Source: Rebecca billardiae RCC1528 (Eukaryota > Protista > Haptophyta). From it: a DNA stretch of 64,000 nucleotides. Within the stretch, counting starts at the first letter, position 1. Every line of letters begins with the position of its first letter. A model generated the notes under the pieces. That model did not search any database. It was not told where the DNA came from and saw nothing but the letters and a program-made list of their open reading frames with translations. Location: assembly GCA_965240325.2 (NCBI GenBank), contig OZ251222.1:806001-870000 (forward strand), read 5' to 3'. Shown piece after piece: positions 56,887 through 64,000 of the stretch. A program made the translations under genes and the position numbers.

Positions 56887-59800
56887 ATGAGCGGCACCAC
56901 CCTCCTGTCGTCTATGCAGGCGGAGCAGCAGCTCACAGAGATGCTGCAGGGCGCGATGCACTACGTCATCAACGGCATCCCCGCCGTGCGTGGCCACGAG
57001 TCCATCCCGCGGCGCGCGGAGCAGCTGCTGTACCAGTGCACGGGCGACGTGGAGTCGGCGATCTCGCTCGCCATCCAGGAGTCGGACGCGCGGTGGAGCG
57101 ACGCGGCGAAGAAGGTGCTGCTCGCATGCATCCCGTTCGTCGGCCTCGCCGCGTCCACGCTCGACCTGCTCTGGTCGCAGCTCCGCCTCGTCGCGACGAT
57201 TGCCAGCCTGTACGGGCACGACGTGTACGCCTCAGACGTGCAGTACAGGATCTTGCTGTGCATCGTGCAGGAGAGCGTGCTGCAAGGGGGCGAGCGCTCG
57301 ACGGTGAACCTGGCCGCGCGGCAGGTCTCGCGCGCCGCGCTGAGCAACGCCGTCGGCGCCGTCACGGGCGCGGCGATCCCGGTCGCGTCGATCGCCACCT
57401 CGCTCTTTGCGGTGCTGAACAACGACGTGCGCAAGGCGGGCGAGCGCGCGCGCACGCACTTCGCGCCGCACCTCGCGATCGACCTGCGGCGGCTGAAGGC
57501 GGCGATCGGCGTGTACGCCACGGTCCAGCTCGTCCAGCCGAGCCTGAAGGCCGTCGAGCTCGCCGGGCGCCTGCCGGCGCTCGGCGCCGCCGCGCTCGCG
57601 CTCGCGCTCGCACTGTGTCTCGGCGGCTTGTGGCGCTGCCGACGCGCGCTGCTCTCGCGCCTCGGCTCGCCGCCGCCGGTGGTCGTGTCGTCGGCGTACT
57701 TCTCGGTGGTGGAGGGCTTCCGCGTGCTGCTCGCCGTGCGCGTCGGCTGCGCCGCGCACCTCGCCGTGCGCGCCCTGCTGCGCGGCGGCGCGACCGACGT
57801 GCCGGTAAGCGCCTACCACGCGCACACGGCGCTGTGCGGAGGGCTCACGATCCTGCAGCGCTTCGTGCCGAAGCGGATGGTGCCCGCGCTGAAGGAGGCG
57901 CAGCTCTCGGTGCAGCTGGCGCTGCTCGTGTGGCCCTTCTCCGGGCTGCACCTGCACACCGCCGACGTCTCGCGCCTCAACATCGTCGCGTCCTCCATCG
58001 CACTCGTCGCGCTCAACACGGTCGTGCAGGAGCTACGGCGCACCGACGTGGCGGTGACGGCGCTCGGCTCGCAGCGGGTGGTGCAGGGCGTGCTCGTCGT
58101 GCTCGGCGCGATGGGCCGGGTGGTGGTGAGCCCCTCCGAGCTGCTCGCGTGGGTCGAGAGCACCGCGCCGCCGCCCACGGTGTGCGTCCTCCTCCTGGCG
58201 TTTCGTCGGATCGCCGTCCTGCTCGGCCTCGGCCACGGCGTGCTCGTGACGGCGGCGTTGCGAGGCGGCGTCGGCGTGAGCGCGCGGTGCGCGCACGCGA
58301 TGTTCGGCGCGGAGGGCGCGGGGCCGTTCGCGGCGGACGCGCCGATGGCTCTGATGACGCTGGCCTCGAGCCTCCCGCCGTCCGCCGCCTTCGGCCCGCC
58401 GCCCCCGGGGGTGCGCGACTTTGTCGCGGCCGCGGGCGCAGGGGACGCGACGCCGCCGACGTTCGCGCCGACGCCCGGCGCCCCGCCCTTTGCGTGCGCG
58501 CGAGAGGAGGCGGCGTTCGTGACGCCAACGACGGAGCTGCTCGCGGTGTGCCTCGCGCTCTCCGTCGCGATGAACGCCATCTGGCACGCCTCCCCCGCGC
58601 TCGGCCGATTCCGAATCTTCGTGCTGCTGGGGAACGACAACCAGACACAGGCGATGGCGCGGATCGCCGAGTGGGTGCACCGGTACGAGATCGCGATGCA
58701 GCCGGTGGCGTCGTGGTCGGCGTGGACGTCGAGCGTGCTCTCGCGTGCCGCGGGGTACGTGCCCGGCCTCGGCGCGTGGCGCCACCGCGCCGCGATCGCC
58801 GAGGAGAAGAAGGGCGCGGGCGGCGGCGCCGCCGCCGCCGCCACCGCCGCCGGCGCATCGGCAACGCTCGCAGTGCCGCCCGCCATCCGCCGGCCCAACT
58901 CGGACGTGGCGCTCCTTCAGCACCACCACCACCACGCGCCGCCGCCACTCGACGCGGCGAGCTGCAGCATGGGCGGGGAGCCGCTGCTGATGCTCAAGTC
59001 GCCGCCGATGTCGCCCACCGCCTCGCTGCCCAATCTCGCGCGCTTTGCGCACGAGGCGGAGGCGGAGGCGGAGGCGGCCGCGCGCGGCGCGGGGCCCTCC
59101 GCGGCCGAGCTCGGAGCGGCGCAGGCGAGCGGCTCGCGGCTGACGCACGCGGCGCGCGGGGCCGTGGCGCTCGTGCGGCGGCGCTGGGCGACGCCGGAGG
59201 CACCGGCTCGGAGCAGCACGCGCGTGACTGCCGAGGACCGCGCGGTCGGTGCCGGCGGCACACGGCCAAACAGTGACGCGAAGGCCATGGCGGGGCAGCT
59301 GAGTCAGCCGCAGGCGCAGCGCGCGACGCTGCGCGCGGCCGCCACGCAGCTCGTCGGCCCGAGCCTGGCGCGCACGCCGCTGCTGCCGCTCGTGGCCGCG
59401 GGCGGCGGCGTCCTCGGCGTCGCCGCGGCGTTCGGGGCGACGGCCGGCGCGGGCGTGCTCGCCGTCGGCGCGGCCGGCGTGTACGGCGGCGTGCGCAGCG
59501 CGCGTGCCATCTCGAGCACTCTCCAGATCGCACGCCATGCCGGCTCGGCGGGCGCGGGGACCGAGCGGCGCACGAGCGCGCCGCCGGCGGACACGAGCAC
59601 GACGCGACGCGCGGCCTCGCCGCCCGCGAGCGCCCGCGACGCGTCCGCCGCCGCCGAGCGCGTGGAACCCCCGCGCGAGTGGGCCACCCCGCCACAGTCG
59701 TTCAGACTGAGCAAGCCGCGCGCCACGTGGCCTGAGGCTGCCTCGTTGCCGGCCGAGCCGGCGCTCCGCCCGCCATCGGCCGCGCAGCACGACGGGCTCG

Positions 59801-60780
59801 AGCTGGACGGCATGGCCGCCTCGCCCGCGGACGGCGCGCACGGGGTCGCAAGCGTCGAGCAGCTCGCGCCAGGCCCCGTGACGCCGCCAGCGCACGGGCC
59901 GGAGCCGCGCGCGTTTGCGCACTCGGCGCGGCCGACGGCGCGGCCGCCCACCCCGACGTTGGTGCGCGACGACGCGGCGCAGGGCGCCGAGCGGGGGCCT
60001 CCGGGCGGTCTGGGGCGAGTGTGCTCCGCACGGGCGGAGCCCGCCGCGCTCCCTCGCGTGCGGCTGCGCGTGTGCGCGTACGCGCTGGGCGGGGGCGGCA
60101 CCGCGCACGTGCGGGCAACACTGCACGTCGGCGAGCTGACCGCCGCGGCTCCGCCAAAGCCCGCGCCGGCCGCGCCGGCCGCGCGGCTGCACAGGCTGCT
60201 CGGCGCACTGCCCGCCGCGCCCCGAGCGCTCGCTCGGCCGGGCTGGCTCCTCGCCACCCCGCCCGCGGGCGCAGCGGCCGACGGGCCCGCCACTGCGGCA
60301 GCCTGTGGCTCTGCGCCTGCGACGGACGCGGCTGTCACGGCCGGCGAGGCAGGCGCTGCTTCGGCCGAGGCGCGTGCGCATGGGGGCTGGATCACTGGCC
60401 CGCTGTCGCGCATCACGCGCGGTCGCTGGCGCAGCAGCGGGGCCGAGCACGCAGCCATGGCCGCCGCGAGCGCGCCCACGGCGACCGCCGCTGCGTCGGC
60501 TGCCCGGGCGGGCGAGTTGCCGTCCACACGCTCCGAGCCAGTGGCGACTGTGCCGGCAAGCGCGACCGCGCCAGCAGGTATGGATCGCGCCCTCGGGCAG
60601 GGCGAGCCGCTGCTCACGGCCGGACCTAAGGCCGCCGTCCAGAGGGTCCGGAGCGCAGGCTTTGCAGAGCACCCTCCGTTTGGCAGCGCCGCCGCCGCTG
60701 CGCCCGCGTCTGCGACAGCCCCTGAGGCCGGCCCAGCGCACGACGGACGTGAGATTGATGGACTGGTCGGCGATTGGTGA
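56887..60780 (+). CDS. EcsC-like N-terminal domain, multi-TM region and long Ala/Pro-rich tail
   Basis: IPFVGLAASTLDLLWSQLRLVATIASLYGHDV..VQYRILLCI resembles EcsC; several hydrophobic segments follow; ATG in GCCGCCATG context at 56887. Confidence 0.6.
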   Translation: MSGTTLLSSMQAEQQLTEMLQGAMHYVINGIPAVRGHESIPRRAEQLLYQCTGDVESAISLAIQESDARWSDAAKKVLLACIPFVGLAASTLDLLWSQLRLVATIASLYGHDVYASDVQYRILLCIVQESVLQGGERSTVNLAARQVSRAALSNAVGAVTGAAIPVASIATSLFAVLNNDVRKAGERARTHFAPHLAIDLRRLKAAIGVYATVQLVQPSLKAVELAGRLPALGAAALALALALCLGGLWRCRRALLSRLGSPPPVVVSSAYFSVVEGFRVLLAVRVGCAAHLAVRALLRGGATDVPVSAYHAHTALCGGLTILQRFVPKRMVPALKEAQLSVQLALLVWPFSGLHLHTADVSRLNIVASSIALVALNTVVQELRRTDVAVTALGSQRVVQGVLVVLGAMGRVVVSPSELLAWVESTAPPPTVCVLLLAFRRIAVLLGLGHGVLVTAALRGGVGVSARCAHAMFGAEGAGPFAADAPMALMTLASSLPPSAAFGPPPPGVRDFVAAAGAGDATPPTFAPTPGAPPFACAREEAAFVTPTTELLAVCLALSVAMNAIWHASPALGRFRIFVLLGNDNQTQAMARIAEWVHRYEIAMQPVASWSAWTSSVLSRAAGYVPGLGAWRHRAAIAEEKKGAGGGAAAAATAAGASATLAVPPAIRRPNSDVALLQHHHHHAPPPLDAASCSMGGEPLLMLKSPPMSPTASLPNLARFAHEAEAEAEAAARGAGPSAAELGAAQASGSRLTHAARGAVALVRRRWATPEAPARSSTRVTAEDRAVGAGGTRPNSDAKAMAGQLSQPQAQRATLRAAATQLVGPSLARTPLLPLVAAGGGVLGVAAAFGATAGAGVLAVGAAGVYGGVRSARAISSTLQIARHAGSAGAGTERRTSAPPADTSTTRRAASPPASARDASAAAERVEPPREWATPPQSFRLSKPRATWPEAASLPAEPALRPPSAAQHDGLELDGMAASPADGAHGVASVEQLAPGPVTPPAHGPEPRAFAHSARPTARPPTPTLVRDDAAQGAERGPPGGLGRVCSARAEPAALPRVRLRVCAYALGGGGTAHVRATLHVGELTAAAPPKPAPAAPAARLHRLLGALPAAPRALARPGWLLATPPAGAAADGPATAAACGSAPATDAAVTAGEAGAASAEARAHGGWITGPLSRITRGRWRSSGAEHAAMAAASAPTATAAASAARAGELPSTRSEPVATVPASATAPAGMDRALGQGEPLLTAGPKAAVQRVRSAGFAEHPPFGSAAAAAPASATAPEAGPAHDGREIDGLVGDW

Positions 60781-61115
60781 ATCATCATTGGCAGCTGGCG
60801 TCGGAGTGACTTCTGTCTGTCTGTCTGTCTTCTGACACGAAGAAGTCTCAATAATGATATATATGATCATCGGAGCAATGGCAGCGGCGCTGGGCATGCC
60901 GCCATCTGTGCCTCTCAGACTCAGCCAGTCGTGTGGCTGTGTGTGTGCAGTGCCGCTGTCACCGGCACCGCAGAGCACCACACAGGTCCGGACTCGTCGG
61001 CAGTGAGTCGTTCGCTCATGTCCTCCTGACGCGGCTCAGTCCGCCCCGGATGTCTTGATCAGCAGGTTTTGTCCGGTGGCGCTGCTGCGCTGGTGAGCAC
61101 GCCACCGCCGCCGGA

Positions 61116-63482
61116 ATGAGCTCGCTTTTGGCGCGAGATCTTTGGACGTTGGCCCAGATGCACCACCCGCACGTGCTGCAGGTCGTGGCGTTGGCGGCTG
61201 GCATACTCGGCGTGCCGGCGCGTGGGAACACGCGCCCGCCGAGCGCTCGATACACTCTGAATGCACCCCCCATCGTGACTCTAGCGGAGCAGCACAGGCG
61301 TGACGGCGATGAGGGCACCCCGGTGAAGGACGGCGGCATGTACATCTTCGGCACCTCCTTGCCCGCGCGCGTCCTCGCCGCAGATGGTGAATGGACTTCG
61401 CTACCCGACGGCGCGTTGCTGTGGCGAGTGGCAGTCCAGCCCAACTCCACTCGGGTCGCCGCCATCTCCGCCACTTTCTCCCGCGTCGACCTGCGGCACG
61501 GCGCGCGGCTGTACGTGTCGACGGAGAAGGGCGCTGCACACCGGCTTCAGCGCCAGGGAGCCGGAGGCGCCAAGCGAGCAGCGACGCCGCCGCTTCCGGG
61601 TCGGCGGCTCAACATTGAGCTGTGGTTCCCACGCCCGTCGCGTGCGAGCGACGAGGCCGCCGGCGGTGCGCTTCCCTTCGAGCTCGAGCTGATCACGACG
61701 ACCAGCAAGGCCGTAGCCGCACGCGGAGCAGACGGCGACTCGGGTGCCTGCAACGTCGACACGACATGCAGCGCGGGGTCGCAGTGGGAGCGGCCGGCGA
61801 TGGGCGTCGGGATGCTCGTTGTTGGCTCGGGCCTGTGCTCCGGGACGCTCATCGCGAGCACGGCCGGCTCCAACCGGCAGCTCTTTCTCACCGCGCACCA
61901 CTGCATGGGCGGACGCACCGAGGCGGGGGCGGAGCTGGATGACTTTGTCTTCGTCTTTGGCCACCGCTCCGAGTCGTGCGGCGGGGAGGATCTGCCCGAG
62001 CGCAGGGCGGTGAGCGGCGCGCGCGTCATCGCGTGCAACGCCGCCTCAGACGCCTGCCTCCTCGAGATCAGCGAGCCCATCCCGCCCGAGTTCAACGTCT
62101 TCTACAACGGGTGGGACGCTCGGCGCAACAGCTCGGCGCCGGCAGCCACGACCGGTCTGCACCATCCGAGCGGCGATGTGATGAAGGTCTCGCACGACTG
62201 GGACCCGCCGACGCTCTCGGGGGAGTTCCTGCGCGTGATGGACTGGGACGTGGGCACGACCGAGCCCGGCTCGTCCGGCTCCGCGCTCTTCGACCCCGAG
62301 CAGCGCGTGATTGGCCAGCTGTACGGCGGGATGGCGGCGTGCGGCAACGACGCGCACGACGACTACGGCGCCATGGCGGCGAGCTTCCCGACGCTCCGTG
62401 CCGCGCTCGCGCCGGACGGCAGCGAGTACGCCGATGGGCACTTTGCTCGGAGCATCCGCATCTCACTGGACGACGACGTGCACGTCTGCACGGCGCACGC
62501 GGCCGAGGCGCGCATCAGCGTCGAGGTCGCGCTCGACGCGGACGTTGCGCAGGGCACCACGCTGCATGCTCGGATGCCAGTGGGCGGCGCAGCAGGCGAC
62601 GTGGGCACCGACGCCGCGCAGCCGCCGCGCGTCGCGCTGCTTCCGAGCGCGTGGATCGGCGCGCCGGGCAGCGGTCGGCGCGAGCTCGTGCTTAGCGGGC
62701 TCGACCAGGCCGCCGCCGGCGTGCACGAGGTGGAGGTGGTCGTCAGCACAGCCGATGCCAATCTCACGGCAGCCGCTGATCTCGATGTGACGATTTGGCA
62801 CCGCCCGCCAGGCGCGCCGGTGCACGTGTCGCCAAGCGACGGCGCCGACGCGTTGACGCAGGCACCCATCCTGGCGTGGGCGGCCGTCCCCGGCGCGCAC
62901 GCGTACGAGCTCGAGGTCGCCGCGTCGCAGCTCTTCGCCGACGGGCAGCTGCTGTGGGCTGAGCGCACAAGCGGCACCTCCGCGCAGCTGCCTGATGCCG
63001 TGTTCGGGGCGGCCAAGCGCTTCTACTGGCGCGTGCGCGCAATCAACGTGTGCGGCGAGGGCGCGGCGACGAGGCCCAGCGCATTCAGCGCGCTGAGTGG
63101 CAGCACGGTGCGCGTGAGCATCACGCCAGACAACTGGCCCGCTGAGACCTCCTGGGAGCTGCGACAGGGCGGCAAGCTCGTCGCAAACGGTGGCGCCGGG
63201 GTGCGTGACGTGATCGTTCGCCGCAGCGCTTCATGCTTCACGTTCGTCATCCGCGACGCGTTTCGAGACGGGATCTGCTGCACGCACGGGCGCGGTAGCT
63301 ACCAGGTGCGGTACGATGGCGCGCTCGTCGGCAACGGCGCCGAGTTTGGCGAGCAGGAGAAGCTCTCTTGGTGCGTGGCTGGAGACGGCGCACTGAAGGG
63401 CGTGCGTGGCCGCGATGACGACCGGTGGTCGAGCGCGCCGCCATCACTCCCCGAGGTGAGGACAAAGATCGGACGGCGGTGA
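61116..63482 (+). CDS. Lysyl endopeptidase (Achromobacter protease I, S1D)-like secreted serine protease with FN3-like and DGICC domains, intronless
   Basis: SGACNVDTTC, CSGTLI, FLTAHHC (His), SDACLLEI (Asp), NGWD, HHPSGDVMKVS, TEPGSSGSALFD (Ser), GQLYGG; C-terminal FYWRVRAINVCG and TPDNWPAETSW..DGICCTHGRGSY. Confidence 0.88.
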   Translation: MSSLLARDLWTLAQMHHPHVLQVVALAAGILGVPARGNTRPPSARYTLNAPPIVTLAEQHRRDGDEGTPVKDGGMYIFGTSLPARVLAADGEWTSLPDGALLWRVAVQPNSTRVAAISATFSRVDLRHGARLYVSTEKGAAHRLQRQGAGGAKRAATPPLPGRRLNIELWFPRPSRASDEAAGGALPFELELITTTSKAVAARGADGDSGACNVDTTCSAGSQWERPAMGVGMLVVGSGLCSGTLIASTAGSNRQLFLTAHHCMGGRTEAGAELDDFVFVFGHRSESCGGEDLPERRAVSGARVIACNAASDACLLEISEPIPPEFNVFYNGWDARRNSSAPAATTGLHHPSGDVMKVSHDWDPPTLSGEFLRVMDWDVGTTEPGSSGSALFDPEQRVIGQLYGGMAACGNDAHDDYGAMAASFPTLRAALAPDGSEYADGHFARSIRISLDDDVHVCTAHAAEARISVEVALDADVAQGTTLHARMPVGGAAGDVGTDAAQPPRVALLPSAWIGAPGSGRRELVLSGLDQAAAGVHEVEVVVSTADANLTAAADLDVTIWHRPPGAPVHVSPSDGADALTQAPILAWAAVPGAHAYELEVAASQLFADGQLLWAERTSGTSAQLPDAVFGAAKRFYWRVRAINVCGEGAATRPSAFSALSGSTVRVSITPDNWPAETSWELRQGGKLVANGGAGVRDVIVRRSASCFTFVIRDAFRDGICCTHGRGSYQVRYDGALVGNGAEFGEQEKLSWCVAGDGALKGVRGRDDDRWSSAPPSLPEVRTKIGRR

Positions 63483-63620
63483 CGTACCGTAGCATACGAC
63501 GTTACTATTGCTGTATCTTGATACCATCACTCATCACGAATCATCAGCTATGCATACGACATTTCTATACGCGATTTATTCAGATTCTATATGCTGCTCG
63601 CCGGCCGCCCTGAGGGCAGG

Positions 63621-64000
63621 CTACTCCTCAGACTCAGGGTCCGAGTGCACTGGTTGGTCAGTCCAGTAGGTGAGGTCGACTCCGCTCCCCGGTCCCGCCC
63701 AGCGCGAGAGCGTGCGCGCCTCGAGACCAAAGTCGTGATGAGCGTACGACCACGGGCGGTGCGAGTCTGTGACGCGCGCGTCGACGGTTTCGTTCTCCCA
63801 GTAATGATATGGCGTCCGCATGGCGAGATCGCCCTCGCCGCCGCTGAGCTTGTGCACGTCCTCATCGCGCAGCAAGAAGCCAAAGGCATCTACTGACCTG
63901 CAGTTCACCAGCGCGTGCGTGAGCGCTTCGACGCCGAACGTGGGCTCGAACGGCTTCAAGCCGCGCGCGTGGATCGAGTCGATGACGTCGGCCTCGTCGA
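63621..64000 (-). CDS. GT29 sialyltransferase-like protein, 3' part only
   Basis: Sialylmotif S-like PTFGVEALTHALVNCRSVDAFGF, motif III PYHYWE and motif VS HDFGLE in the correct order. Confidence 0.75.
   Translation of the reverse strand, partial: DEADVIDSIHARGLKPFEPTFGVEALTHALVNCRSVDAFGFLLRDEDVHKLSGGEGDLAMRTPYHYWENETVDARVTDSHRPWSYAHHDFGLEARTLSRWAGPGSGVDLTYWTDQPVHSDPESEE

Overview
Very GC-rich (roughly 70%+) eukaryotic nuclear DNA. Spliceosomal introns are short and GC-rich (GTGCGC donors, CGCAG acceptors, one clear GC-AG intron), and intergenic islands are AT-richer. This style and gene content fit a haptophyte alga such as Pavlovales/Diacronema (inference only). About 17 host genes are readable: an OPR-like repeat protein, a PH + COPI_C/TTRAY-like protein, an RTX beta-roll surface protein, a PLOD-type glycosyltransferase, a TPR protein, a subtilisin, a hypothetical ORF followed by a kelch-MYND gene, a glycosyltransferase-sulfotransferase fusion, CCDC174-like, ABITRAM, a DCD-domain protein, a PH-TBC RabGAP, a tektin-like protein, RPL35, EcsC-like, a lysyl-endopeptidase-like protease and a partial GT29. 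The most unusual structure is an ~8.2-kb element (11759-19938). It has perfect 17-bp terminal inverted repeats with longer patchy inverted arms, G/C-strand-biased tandem arrays and a perfect 89-bp palindrome. Its only recognisable gene is an intact, intronless giant-virus-type (A468R/UL52-like) AEP primase-polymerase, and no transposase is visible. A second, hairpin-ended non-autonomous element family is nested inside it and also occurs as a tandem pair at 42-44.7 kb. Most ORF-track entries are GC-rich shadow frames.
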